Positions 1 to 23,700 of a stretch of DNA of 64,000 nt are shown here, one piece after another (the first letter of the stretch is position 1; each line of letters begins with the position of its first letter). Location of the stretch: NCBI RefSeq assembly GCF_009914755.1, contig NC_060946.1; one strand, 5' to 3'. The notes beneath the pieces are model-generated. The model was not told the DNA's origin. It made no database searches and saw only the letters and a program-made list of their open reading frames with translations. The stretch comes from the human T2T-CHM13v2.0 reference genome, Homo sapiens. Both the position numbers and the translations under genes were made by a program.

Positions 1-635
1 TCCCGCTGTTTTGTTATTTTGCCAAAGTATGTCCCGTCTGTAAGTTTGCCCCCTCGGGTCACTTTCTTCACCTTATCAGCAGGGCCCATCATTCCTGCTG
101 CTTTCCAACAAGATGCCAGAGCATATTTTTAGACCAATGAAGTTGGTGGGACAGTGGGTGGGACCCAGAGAGTGACGGACAGTGAGTCGGCCTGGAGGGT
201 GGGAAGGCAAAGCGAGTTCCCCTCCTGGGACGGGGCTGGGAGGGGACATGGGATGGTCTGTCAGCTACGAGTTTGTGGAAGGCAGAGTCGGTGACTTTCA
301 GCTGACCTGCCTCGGTCTGGAAGATTCCAGTAGAGAAAGGGAGGGCCAGGGGCCTGGAGGCTGGTTCCAGGCCTGGGTGCTGGGCCTGAGAGCATTTCCA
401 AAGCACTGAGCCTGGGACTGAAGGTAATTCACCACGAGGGCACAGCTGGGGAGGACCGTGTGTGTGCTTCCCCCACCTCCCAGTCCCTCAACTCACCCCC
501 AGTCCCCCCACCCGCCTTAACTCAGGAAAAAGGCCTCCCTCGTGAGCACTGGCAGCTGCCTTTGGAGGCATGTCACGGTCACACCGCAGGACAAAACACA
601 GAATCTCGGGCTGGCAGGGGACATTTGAGATCGGC

Positions 636-870
636 CAGCCCAGCCTCTCATTTTACAGCTGGGAATGGGCGCAGGACGGCCATGGCTGCCCAAGGTCACA
701 GAGCCTGGGAGGGAGCCGCAGACACAGTGGAAAAAGCAGAGTCACGTGAGCCAGGTCTGGGCACTGGGTCCGGGCCTGCCACTCCCCTGCATGCGGCTCA
801 GGGCGATGGCTCAGCCTCTCGGCCTCAGGTCCACAGCTGGAAGCAGGCAGAGGAACAGCTGTTTGCGGGG
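636..870. mobile_element. MIR fragments
   Basis: MIR-like motifs ctcattttacag...ctgcccaaggtcacagagc and cagcctctcggcctcag; heavily diverged. Confidence 0.45.
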
Positions 871-2542
871 CTGCCTGGGGAGCAGCGGGGCTGGGTGCCC
901 TGTGCACACAGCGGACATTTCATCAGCCACTCTGCAGGCAGCCAAGCCAGGAGGGCCCTCTGGGCACCTGGGCCTCTCCTCAGGAAGAGGAGCAGGGACT
1001 CACTATCCTTTGGGTCAACGACGGCCTTAAGCAACGGGCTCGAAAATCCCTGATTAGTGACCACCTTCTGTTGCTAGGCAAGATGGGGACAAAGATGGGT
1101 CCAGTTCTCCAGCTGTTAAACATCTGTCTCATCAAGAAGATGGGACAGCACATGGAAAATAAATTTCTATGGTTATAATAACTGTCCCAGATTCTCTGTG
1201 CAGTAATGGCAGACCCCCTTTCCCTCTGAAAACAAGCAAGAATTTTGGATAAAACAATAACAAAATTAAGTTAAATGCATCAAAGGGCTGCTAAGCTAGT
1301 GGGAAACCTCCAGGCCAAGTTTCAGGGGGAAACCAAGAACCTAGAGAAGAACGCTGGGGTCACTGGTGCCTGCGAGCATTTGCCAACCTGGCAAGTTGGG
1401 CTTTGACCTTGGAGGGAGTAGAGGGGTAGACAGAGGTCAAGGTATGAGGAGCCTGATAGGGGCATATCAAGCTGGAAGCGTGAAAGGCCTCACCTTGGGT
1501 GAAGACTGAAGCAGAGATAACCCTGGCCCCTGCCCCAAAACAAGGAATTCGTTAGCATTAAAAGGAGTGGGAGGAAAAAAGGAAAGGAAACTCACGGATT
1601 CAAGCACAAAGAGCCTCGGAGCTCCTGCGGACTTGGACCCCTTGCCCATCACACCCGGGAGGCCCGGAGATGGTGGGGCTTCTGTGCACTTGGTTCCAGG
1701 TGGTCTGGGCTGTCCATGTGAAAGTAAACACTATCCTTGTGAGAAGGAACCTCTGTCCTTGGCCTCACGGAAACCCCACAGACACCCTTCAAAGGGCCCC
1801 AAGACGCACACAAAGATATCCAAGTCTGAAAGGGAAGAAGGCACCATGAGTAAGAACCAGCAGACAAGCTAGCGGACACCCGCGCGGTCTCCCCATATTA
1901 TTAGAAAATTACCAAACAAGACACTAGAGGACATTTCAAACCATAATAGAAGAGATGGCCCATGTTCGGTGGCCAAGCATAGCACAGAGCTCCTCACTCC
2001 TCCAGGAATTCCACTGAAGGGTGGCAAGTTCTGGAGTTCAAGCCACTGGGGAGGCAACAGGAGTGCAAGTGGCCACAGTTCAGGCGCTGAGGGGCAGAGG
2101 CAGGGAGGGGGCGCTCCCAAGAAGTCCACTGGGAGACGCAGGCAGGGGGCTTCCCAGGCAGCCTCACCAGCTTCCCTTCACACTGATCCCCTGTAAAGGT
2201 GTGTCCAGCCTCGATGTAGGAGGAACAGGGAGAAACTGATTTGCTATTCATAAAATGCGTCTGCAGAAACAGATTAACTCCTGATCCACTTTCACGGCTG
2301 AAGCAGAGCCTGCCTTGTAAAACACATGGGCATTTTCCTATAGTTGTTTTTCTGTTTTCAGTTTTGTTTGCCATTTCCTGAATCTAACACCTTCTGAGGC
2401 GGATGCTAAGAGTTTAGAATTTACATAATTACCCGAGTCACTTGTTAACTCCCTGTAAGCAGCACCCTCACTGGATTTGATCACTTTTGCTTTGCCATGC
2501 CTGCATAAGCTTGCCACCGAAATACTTTAAAAAATGGACTTG

Positions 2543-3190
<648 letters not shown>

Positions 3191-4879
3191 AAAGAAAGAA
3201 GACAGACTTGTGCCTCACAAGTGGTACTTTTGAGTTCCCACTCAAACTACTGTCTTTCGAGTAGGGCAAGACCACTTTCCATTGTGGTATCTTTGCAGCA
3301 GTGCCATTGTCCCTTATGGAACAGTGTCTCAGGACCCCGCTCCTGCTCCTTCTGCCGGCTCTGAGCAGGTGAGGACAGGGGACTGGGAAGGTCCCCTGCA
3401 TCTGAGCCCGCCGGTGCTCAAGCATCTTTCTTGGCTGCCCAAGAACATTGTCTGCAGGACAATCCCAGCTCCTCAGCCTGCGTCTCTGGCCCTCCAGGTG
3501 CCCACTGCTTATGCTTCTCAGTCACATCCCTGGCCTGCCTGGGCTCAGGGCTGACTCTTACTCCAAGGGTGGGCAGCATGAAGCTGGAGCCATTTTGCAG
3601 CAGGAAGGATTCTGCCTACTAGGAGCCGAGGCCACACATGGGGGAAGGCAGGGTTCCTCTGCCGGAGCCCCTCCTGGTGTGATGAGGGAGGCAGGCACAC
3701 AGAGAGGGAGTTAGAAGAATGGGGTTAGTGGGAAACTGAGGTCTGCCCCAGGCATGAGGAGGCAGTGAGGGCAGACTCCTAGCCCAGCAGGGAGAGGAGG
3801 TACTGAGAGCACCCAACCCTGAGTGAACAGCAGCTAGACCAGGCCGGGCAGATGGCCAGTCCCTCCTGCAGCGCACTCCAAAGTCTCAGGGAGCCAGGGA
3901 ACAGGCAGAGCTGAGAAAACGTCCTGGAAACTCCACAGGAGCCCAGAGCCCACCATGTTCTCTGAGAGAAAGTCAGCACTGGGCACGCTGGACAGGGAAG
4001 CAGGGTCATGCTTGGAAAGGCCAACTCAGTCCTTGCCACCCACTGAGCACCCACTAGCTAGTTATTTGGTTTTGTTTTAAAAACTCAACTCATCACGAAT
4101 ACTCACCAAGATGCTTTGATCTAATTTCATGCCTCCACCTGGAGAGGGGGAACGATGAATTGACAGTCTCCCAGCCTGTCTTCCCCACCAGCCATCCAAG
4201 AACCCTGCCTGCCAGGATGCTGGTCCTGTGTCTGCCTGCCCCACGCCACCGTCACCTTGCAGAGAAACACTGATTGCCTTCACACATCTGGCTCCAGCCA
4301 ACTCCCTCCTCTGCACACCTTGAGGCTCCCAGGCAGAGAGGAGGCTCTTCCCCAGGCCGGGGGCCCCCCTGGGAGGGTGTCCAATGTCATGCCAGCCAAG
4401 GCCCGTGTGGGCGTAGCTCCTGCAGGTTCTCAAGGTTGTAGTCCACACCCTGCTCCTTGGCTTTGTGAAAGATCAAAATCAGGGCCTCACATAGAACTTT
4501 ATATTCCAACGTTGCAAGTCTCAACACAAACCAATGTGTTGACTTGAAAATAAATATCACTAATAAAATGGAGAAGAGAGCTGGCATGGAAAGATTGGGA
4601 AAATGTCAAGAATTCTTGGTGCTGTATGTTTATCAGTAAATAAAGCACATCTGAGGGGTGAGGGGTCGGCCCTTGGACCTTGGGCTCTTACAGATGGGTG
4701 CCATTTTCAACAGCTTTGGAGACAAACATGGTGTTTGCCAATATCTTGGTTTTGCCAAGTCAAAGCTAACCAATATCAGCACTTCATCTAAGCAATTCCC
4801 ACTAAGGAAAGGTATTTTCAACAACAACAAAAGAATATAAAGGATATAGTCTTGGGAAGGAAAAGGATATTTGTCTTGT

Positions 4880-5794
<915 letters not shown>

Positions 5795-5860
5795 CCGAGG
5801 TATTTCTTTAAATCAGCTAGTTGAAGTTCTATAGGAAACTCTTCACAATGTCAGTTTTTT

Positions 5861-5892
<32 letters not shown>

Positions 5893-6807
5893 ACTTTGCT
5901 GCAGACCCAGAAAACTTTGTCAAACATGACCTGTCCCTTCCAGGAGATGAGGGACCATGGCCCAATCCCACGTTTTAGTGAAACCCAAGCAGAGCAATGC
6001 AATAGGGCAGCCCCCCTTCCACTCAGCTGCACGGGCTCCGGTTCAGATTGCCTTTCCTGGCTGGCAGGATGCTTTGGTGAAAGGCAGATAATAGGGTGGG
6101 ACAGGGGATCACGGGCGGGAGACACGTAGGCACTGGGGCTGGTGTCTGCGAGGCATGAGGCCTGCCTGTCGGCTGTCCTGAGTGGAGAGACAGGACCGGG
6201 CAGTGGGCCGCCATAAAGATGGTGCTGGATGCGACAAGAGCCGCATGGAACACAGGAGGTGGTGGCCACACAAGGCAGAGGGCAGCTTTGGCAGGGGGAC
6301 GGTTGCCAAGCAGGCTTCCTGTAGGAGGCAACTCTTGACAGAGCCCTCAAGCTGGTGGTTACCATGTCCCAAATATGACCCACTCATCAGGCCCCACCCT
6401 GCACCACCCCCGTGCTCCCTCCTCAAACTCACACCAGGACCCATCCAGGAAGGCGTCCCTGCCCCATTTTAGAGATGAGGGGGCTCGGATAGCATCACCG
6501 GCTGGAGGTTGTAGTTTGAGGAAAAGGTACAGGAGGATTTGAATCCAATTCTGTTGAACTCCAAACCCCAGGCACCCACTCATTCCATGAGGGAAAGTTG
6601 GGGGACAGTGCCCACGTGGCACGGTGCTGTGCACGTAAGCTTGCCTGTCTTGTGTGTTTCCAGGCTGTCATGCCAGACCTCATCTCTGCACTTGCAGTCT
6701 TCCCTGGCCGCAGCAGTGCCACTCACTGCCAACCACTGGGTCAGATCATTGCAGAATCCAACTCCACACAGAGCAGATTGTCCTTTATGGACCAAATATG
6801 TCTATCT

Positions 6808-7248
<441 letters not shown>

Positions 7249-10000
7249 CTATCTACACATCACACTTTGCAGTGAGACTCCCACGGCACCTAGCATGACA
7301 CAGGGAGGGGTCCTGCAGCTTCCAGTCCATGTCCTGGACTGGATAAACAACATCCATGATCTAGCCCTGGAGCTGGATCCTGTGTGACGAGGTGGACACC
7401 TGTCCCTTTGGAGGGGCAAAGAAGGGAGGCAGTGCAGCTGCAGGTGGGCTGCCCTGTTCTTCTCAAGATCTACAGAGACAGACATCTGAGCCATGTCGAA
7501 TGGGCCCTGCTGCAAAGCTGGGGACTGGTTAATTTTCAAAGGGTACAGTGTCATGACAGCAGCAGTTTCTGGACCTGCGGAAGCTTCCAGATCCTGCAAA
7601 GCTAGAATGGGTGCACAGCTTAAGCCCCTCCCCACCACCTCAGCTGTGACCACTGGTTAACATGTAGCATGCAGCACTTGGTGCTAATCAGATGGAGTCA
7701 TGCCTCTGCTGACAACCCTCCATGGCAGGTGTCCCACAGCCCTTAGGACCAAAGTTAAACTCCTCACTGGGCTGCAAGACCTGCCTGGCCAGGGCCTTGC
7801 CCAGCTCTGCCCGCTTTGTGCCATCTCCACACTCTCTCCCCTTGAATGTCTCCTGCCACAGGCTTCTGCACATGCTGCTGCCACCCCCCTGGAGCTGTGG
7901 GGCCAGGAGCAGCCACCAGGGAAATCTGATCCTTGACCCTGGGCTCCTGAGTCTGCCAGAGGCTGCCGTATCAGCCAACAGACAGCTTCTGCAACAGACA
8001 ACCGAACCCCGGGGGTACCCAGGGCCAGGTGCTGATGGACTGGGACTCGGGAGAGTTCTCACTCCCTGCCGGGGACCTTGGCCACATGCTGCCATTCCTG
8101 GCCCTTCGTTCCTCATCTGTAAGATGAGCATAAGCACAGCTGCCTTGTGGGACTCTTGTAGATTCTGTCCCCTAGTATGACAATACTTTGTTACCTTGGA
8201 CCCATGGGGTTTTGCTGTCAGTACCAGGATGGCAACTAAGGACATGCCCATGGTTGGCCCTCACCGACGAGGTCCAGCCTCGGGTCGCCAAGCAGCCGCC
8301 TGCTCGCTGCCAGTGAGCCCTCCCTTTCTCAGCCCACGGCCCCTGCCCCGGTGGACTTCCACCACCTGACCTGCAGGCACGCTTCCAGGAGCTCAGAGGC
8401 CACTGCCCTGGCGGATGACACCCTGGAAGCACACACTCCCCCTTGACAGAGAGCTTTGCACATCAGCAGAGGGCAAGCCAGCAGCAAACTTCGCAGGCCC
8501 TGGCTGGCAAACAGACTCCAGCCTGGACCCCAGGCCCATAGGAGAAGCTTCACCCTGGCAGGGTCAGGGAAAGCACTGGGGTCCCTGAACACAGATGACC
8601 GTCATCACCTGCTCCCAGCACTCAGGGTCTAACTGCTGCCCTGTACTGAGCGGCCAAGCCCTATCACTCCAGGTTGCCTCCTCCAGCAACCCCTTCCCGT
8701 CTGAATTCCCAGCTTCCCAATTCTTTCCCTGAGGCTGTGGGAGAGCCTCGGCTTCTCTGGCTGGCTGGCAGGTCAGCACTTGCAGGAGAGAGCAGCTCAG
8801 CAGGGCAGACGTGGGCTTTACAGACCTGCCTTCCGTCCTGCGCCCTGCCGCTGGCCTGGGGGACCCAGTGCAGATGGGGCTTCTCTGTGCCTCAGTCTCC
8901 ATCTTGCAATGTGGGCACAGTAATAATTACCCTCAGAACATCTTCCGGATCAGAAAATGTAAAAAGGGACCTGAGACAGCATTGTCACCACATAAATGGT
9001 AGCTATGAACTAAGATCCATATGCACCAGATGCTCCCAGTAGTCACTAAGGCGCCAGAGAGGAAACTCAGGTGGTGCTCAGAGACATTTTCAGGAGCACT
9101 GATTTGTCCTCAAAGTTACAGATTTCTACTCAGTCCCTGCGCCAGCGGTGTTTCTGTTCTGTCGTGTGGCCCTCATTTCATCAGCACTGAAGAAGGTAAA
9201 GAGAGACTTCCTGGAGCTGGGAATGGGGGTGAGGGTGTGCCCTTTGTGACAGTTGCTCCCATGCTGGGTGTGTGACAAGGTCTTCGTGGCCAACAGAAAA
9301 TTGCTTCATCTCTCTCATCTGAGCGTGGTTTCCCAGAAGAAACCTACCACCCCCGGGAAGCATGGATATGGGGCTGTTTCTGGCCAGGATACTCCCAAGA
9401 GAAGAGTCCTGAACTTGCTTCTACCCTCAGGACGCCTGCGGGAGACTGGCTGACAGCATTTGATTGAAAATGCTTATTTCTGGGACACATGGATGAAAAA
9501 CAAGTTTTCTCTCCCTAAAACCTTGGGAGCCCCAAAAAACCCAAGAATATCACTTTCCTATGTCTGCTGAGTGTACGTGACCACTCTGCACACCCCCACA
9601 TAGCCTTTGTCCTTGTTCATGAGAATGTTCACTAGGTCTTTCAACACCTGGTTGACCTGGGTGGTGCATCTGGGTCACACACCTGTGTGGACCCTGGTCC
9701 TTGAGAGTCTGGGATATGGGTATGCCAGGTAATGTCTTTGAGCCCGGAGGTCCTCATGAGGATGTAGCCCCTGAGCTCTGCGTGGGCAGCCCAGGGTCAG
9801 CTTCCCTCACCAAACACAACAGGATGACAAGCTTGGATGTGGCTGCCTGCACACCCCACGAGATATGCAGGATATTACGTGTACAGGTCACCCTATAAAC
9901 TCTGAAACAACATAAATGATAGCTATTGCTGGCTAACATGTGCAAGAGAAGGTGAGGTTGCCGTGTGCCAGTGGGAAGGATATGTGGGTGTCTGGAGGGT

Positions 10001-10013
10001 GGGGCAAAGTTCA
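10001..10013 (+). promoter_or_regulatory. DR1 element (HNF4/COUP-TF/PPAR-type)
   Basis: GGGGCA-A-AGTTCA with the HNF4 CAAAGT core; a DR1 HNF4 element is known in the human PPARA promoter. Confidence 0.75.
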
Positions 10014-10909
10014 CCATAGGTGCCTGGCTAATCAACAAGGGTGAGTTTAAGAGAAGTTTGTGAAAGGGCCAGTTCCCGCCTGATCTCCAGTTCCCCTGCC
10101 TAATGAGATCTGGGTTTGCTTTCCGGAGTGGGTCCTCCTGGGCGCCCGCTGCCACAAATAGCACAGTGGCAGGCACAGCTGGCAGCGGAGGGCAGGCAGT
10201 GGAGCGGGCATAGCACACATTGCGTTCCCGAGGAGGGGAGCCCTGATGTGCCGGCACCCAGGGGCTTTGTGCATTCCGCTCCGGCAGCTCGAGCGTCACG
10301 GCCCGAACAAAGCGGCTTTGCAGGGCGCTCTCCTACTCCTCGCCATTGGCCACCGGGCCGCGACCTCTCCTTGCTCTGGCAGAGTCCCAGCGCCTTGCGT
10401 AGGCACAAAGTCAGCCCCTCACCCCCCAGCGCATGAAGTAGGGGCGGGCATGGCTCTTGGGCCGCTGGAGAGGGGTGGGGTTGTGGGGTCGGAGCTGGCG
10501 GCGCCTCCCCGAGCCCGTCCGCGTTGCCCTTCACCCTCCTCGTTCCCCCGCCCACCACACCGCCCTGGCACCTCCCGCCACCTGTTTCCTTGTCCTCCCA
10601 GCTCGCCTTCCCCTTCTCCTTATTTTGCATCCTGGGGTTCCAGGGACAAGGTCCCTCCCGGGCCGCCTCCCACCCTACGCACTTCTGAGCCTCAAGGGCA
10701 CCCGGTCCCGGGTCCCGGGTCTAGACCGGCTCATCGCACAGAGTAGCAGAGCCGGGCTCATCGAGGAGGCAGGAGGGGCTCGCCAGCGTGGCACGGGCGC
10801 CCGGCGGGAACCTCCACCCGCCCCGCGGCCGCGCGTCCCCGCCTCGAATTCAGCCCCGCCCCGGTGCGCCGGGCTGGAGGGGCGCTGACGCTCAGCGGTG
10901 TCCCATCGG

Positions 10910-10918
10910 TGACCTTGG
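10910..10918 (-). promoter_or_regulatory. ERR/NR5A-type extended half-site (CCAAGGTCA on - strand)
   Basis: TGACCTTGG on + strand. Confidence 0.6.
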
Positions 10919-11021
10919 ACGGTCCCTCCACCTCTCCGGCCTCAGTTTCCCTTGGCTGCAGCGGCCGCGGGGCGCTAGGTGGGAGCCGCTGAGCGCTCCC
11001 GGGGCCCCGCCCACCGCGAGC

Positions 11022-11030
11022 AGCCAATCG
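11022..11030 (+). promoter_or_regulatory. CCAAT box (NF-Y)
   Basis: AGCCAATCG matches the NF-Y consensus, upstream of exon 1. Confidence 0.65.
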
Positions 11031-11224
11031 GGCGCCGCCCTCCGGGGGGTGTGTCCCGGGGCCGAGGCCCGGGGCCCGGAGGGCGCGCGGGGCGGGCGGG
11101 GCTTCCGGGTCGGGCCTCGGGACACTGGCTCGCGCGGACCGGGGCAGGGGGCGGGCCGAGGGGCGGTGCGTGTCGCGGGGGCGCGGCTGGCACGGACGCG
11201 CGGAGGCGGCGCCGGGCATGGGCC

Positions 11225-11351
11225 GTGGACGCGGCGGCCCCGCGGCGGGGGCAGCGGGCGGCGGGGGCGGAGGCGGCCGCTAGCGCCCTGCCCGGCGCCG
11301 CCTCCTTCGGCGTTCGCCCCACGGACCGGCAGGCGGCGGACCGCGGCCCAG
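11225..11351 (+). other. PPARA: PPARA non-coding exon 1 (start approximate, TSS dispersed)
   Basis: Ends ...GCGGCCCAG|GTGCCC; the sequence matches the recalled PPARA mRNA leader joining GCTGAAGCTCAGG. Confidence 0.8.
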
Positions 11352-11466
11352 GTGCCCGGGGGCGGGCGGGCGGGCGGGCGGGAACGCGCGCGGGGGTCCG
11401 CGGTCCGGGCTTCCCAGGTCCCGGGACCCGGAGGGCGGCGGACGGGGGAGGGGCAGGGGCTGGGCG

Positions 11467-11476
11467 GCGCATGCGC
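11467..11476. promoter_or_regulatory. NRF1 palindromic site
   Basis: GCGCATGCGC perfect consensus inside the CpG island. Confidence 0.6.
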
Positions 11477-12586
11477 GGGGCCCGGGGTCTCGGGGTCTCC
11501 GGGTCCCGGGGACCCGGGGGCCCGGGGTGCGCGGCTGGGGACCTGAGGGCGAGGAGCGAGGACACACACCGAGGACTCTTGCGAGGGATCTCGGGGCCCA
11601 GCTCGGCCTCCCTCCTAGCGCTGGGGGCCTGCCCGGAACCCGAGTCCGCGGCTGTCCCTGGGGTTTGGCGCTGCGCGGAGGTCGGGTCTGGGGACCGCAG
11701 CGACTCTGGGTCTTCGGGTTGTCCCCTCGGAGGGAGGGCCCACGGGCGGGGACATCGGGACTTGCCCTTTCCTCGGCGCAGCGGAGCTGGGGCGTCGCCG
11801 ACTCAGAAGGTGCTTTCCGAGACCTCCAGGGATCTCCGAGGCGAGGAAACCCGGGCCCCGGACAGACCGACCCTGGGTGGGTGCGCCCGGCTTCTGCCGT
11901 CGGACGGAGACGCGCGTGTTTGTTCCTCCAGCTGCGACCACCTTTGAGGAACGGTTCCCACTTTGTGCCCCAACGCGGCGGGGCGACCCCGGACAGGCTG
12001 CGCTGGGCCGGGTGGCTTCTCTGCGGAAGCCGCGCCACGTCGCTCCCGGTCGGGGCCGCTGAGGGTCGGGCGCCCAGGTCTTTCCGGAGTCCCGGGCTGC
12101 GCGGCCCGCGTGGTGCGGGTGAAGCTGGAGGGGCGCGGGGTGGTGCCAGTGGAAGTCAGGAGGGTCGGCCCTGCCCCCTCACGCACCCCAACCGGGCACA
12201 ACTGCACGCCTGTGCTTTTCTGAAGTCTTTTTTAAAAGTTAAAAGAGAGGAAGTGTGCTCCAAGTGTCAGGATTCTTTCCAAGAAAAACCCACAGTTGTC
12301 CAATGGCCTGGGCTTCGTGGGACCTCCGGGGCTGCACGCCCACGTCAGCCTCAGCCGACCCCTGCCAGGAAACCAGGGAGGCCCCTCCTCTCCCAGCCTC
12401 CTTGGGATAAGGGTGCCTTGGGGAACTGGGTCAGGGCAAGGACACGGGATTTTCCTGGGAAGGACCCTGCGACACCCGTGTCGTTGCGGGGCAGGGTCAG
12501 CATGACTTTCCTCTTCCAAGGTGAAGAGTTGGGGGGCATCCAGAGAACAACCGTAATCACTTCCTCCTTCACCTTCTTACTGCCAG

Positions 12587-12669
12587 GCTGAAGCTCAGGG
12601 CCCTGTCTGCTCTGTGGACTCAACAGTTTGTGGCAAGACAAGCTCAGAACTGAGAAGCTGTCACCACAG
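12587..12669 (+). other. PPARA: PPARA non-coding exon 2 (83 nt)
   Basis: Pyrimidine tract + tgccag| acceptor, CAG|GTAAAT donor; matches the PPARA mRNA leader. Confidence 0.9.
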
Positions 12670-12777
12670 GTAAATAGAAGGTTTAATTTACTGTTTCCAG
12701 ATGGAAATATTTAAGTGTTTTCAGTGTTTACTTCTGTTGCACTACAGACCAGCAATCTGGGGGTTATTACTTTGTGA

Positions 12778-16307
<3,530 letters not shown>

Positions 16308-17164
16308 TAGATACTTTTTAAAAAGGTATAGTTTCTGATTATGGGGTAGAAATGTGCTATGTCTGTCATTTCAGCCTTATGAATTGCCCAGAATAAGCTA
16401 GATCACCTTTAAGGCCATGTGGTTAGGGAAACTTGGGCACAGAATTTACATTTTCAACTTGGTGATAAGATGGGTTTAAGGTAAGAATCAAATAGGAGAA
16501 AGCCTTAGCTGTTCCAGCGGCCCATGTTTAAAAGAATGTGCTTCTTTTTCCAAGTATTTCTGCCGCTTGCATGCACTGAGCTTCTTTGGAAAGGAGCACC
16601 ATGCAGGCATATTTTCCAGACAGGACCGGATTTGCTCGTTACTCAGAGGTGTGTGCATTCTTTGCTTTTAGGATATTTAATTAGCATCTTTTAATAGTGA
16701 TATTACGGTGTCTTAAAAGTTTATGCATTTGAAAAGAAAAGAACTTACTCCTTGCCAGGTCTCAACCTATCATGGTTATCTTTGCAGCTGAGCTGCGTTG
16801 GTTTTGAGGCTCACATATGGTAAAAGTGGTTGGAAATCTGGAAATATTGCTGTGTATCTGCAAAGCAGCTTGATATAGTGGAAAAGGTATTAGGTCATTA
16901 ATCATGAGATTTGGATTCTAGCCCCTTAGCTGCTGCCTGCCAGGCCTGGAGACCTTTGTTCTCTTCTTTAAACTGCTGCTTTCTCATCAGAAAATGAAGT
17001 TCCTCTCCATACCACCTCTCTGAAGGGCTGTGAAGCTCGAAGTGGCAGCTTAAAAAACTGCCCATCTCAGGAGGTGTCTTAAGAAGGAGGACATACCGCT
17101 GGCTCCTGCCTTTCTCACTTAGCCAGGTCTGATACCTGTGTTGTTTTCACTGTGGCCATTTTAG

Positions 17165-22319
<5,155 letters not shown>

Positions 22320-23589
22320 TCAGAAAAGGAATTAATTTCTTCTGAGAGAGAAAAAGATGAGATTCTAGCCTAAGGTGTAACACATCCATCCACCAGGTAT
22401 CATTTTTATACACGTGAAGTTAAATCACCAAAGGACCAGGTGAGCAGATGTGGACTTTCCGACTGTGTGTGTGCGACTTCCTCAGAGCCCTCAGTGGCGT
22501 TCCCTTTTCCGCGCTAGCGTTTGGTCCCTGCGCTTTTCTGGATGCCCCCACCCCCTCTGGCTCCACGAGGCCCCCTGTACGTCACCATCACCTTTGTGAG
22601 CTTGAAACCTGTCACCCACCCGCCTTCCAGATGTCACCTGGGCCCTCCCGGAGGCCCTCGCCCTCAGTGTGTCTGATTCTGAGCTGTCCTGCGTTTTCCC
22701 CTCCCCTCACCCTGGCGACCCTTTTCGGTCTCAGTTGCCAGCCTCCTGCTAGGGCTGGGTGGGGGACATCAAAGGCAGGACAAGGTGTAGGGTCCTCACC
22801 CACCACTTAGCAGCTCTCAGATGCAGACAGATTTTTCAGCTGGCCTGTGGCTCAGTTTCCCTCAGCTACAAGAGGGGTGCATGCTAGGGTTTCTCTGGAT
22901 TGCTGCACCTGGCAGGTAGTGTGAGCTTGGTAGGTGCTTCCTTGCTTATCATTGCCTCTCCCATCTTAATGTTGTCCCATCCATCCAATGTTTATGGGAT
23001 GAGAGGTTGATAGGAGGGCATGGCCCTGACATTCCAGGGACTGACCGACACGCTGTCTACACAAACCCCTTCTGGTTCTTCTCGTGCACTGGGCGTGCCG
23101 GAGACACACTCCCTTACCCTCATACCCCGCCGCACCCCTGTGACCTCTACCTTTGAGACCTCAGCTTAAACTCACTCTTAGGGAAGGCTCCCTGAACCAC
23201 CTGCTGGGGTTGTATGCTGATGCAGGTACTTGTAACACCTGGTGCTTTTCCTTTCGTGCACTCAGGCAGTGTTTATTCAAGTGATGGCTTGGTGACAGTG
23301 GCTCTCCCTGAGACCCCGTGAGGCCAGAGTCCTTGGCTCATCACTCATGGTTGAACCCGGAGCCTCTTGCTGGTAGGTGCTTCAGGACTGGCTCTGGGAG
23401 CCTGTGGCTCCTGCCGGGTACCCACCGGTTGAGATACCTCAAGTTTTAAATGCCACCTCCTTCCTGAAGCCTTCCTTGCTGCTCCCCCAAACTAGAGGCA
23501 GGAGTTTTGTCCTTCAGATAACCTATGGCATTTGAGTCACTCTGATTTGATGAATTCTGCCTTCACTTGAGCAGCTATTAGGGGCATAT

Positions 23590-23700
23590 GTCAGTCATTC
23601 ATTCCTCAGTTCATGTATTTATTCAGCAAATATTTACTGAGCACGTACTGCGTGCCAGGCACTGTCCTGCTGTGGAAAACAGCAGGCATGATTCCCTGCC
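23590..23700 (-). mobile_element. L2 3' end
   Basis: tcattcattc...attcagcaaatatttactgagcac...tgccaggcactg. Confidence 0.75.

Larger units (their letters stand above)
10200..12300. promoter_or_regulatory. PPARA: CpG island / TATA-less PPARA promoter
   Basis: Very high GC and CpG density, multiple GGGCGG Sp/KLF boxes, spans exon 1. Confidence 0.95.

Noticed and set aside
11481-11530. GC palindromes such as CCGGGTCCC-G-GGGACCCGG as a structured RNA or miRNA
   Set aside because: Short arms expected in low-complexity GC-rich DNA; no pre-miRNA-length stem.
10100-12600. Long overlapping ORFs (up to 354 aa) on both strands
   Set aside because: Stop-codon depletion in a GC-rich CpG island; low-complexity G/R/P/A translations, mostly non-ATG starts, no recognisable domain.
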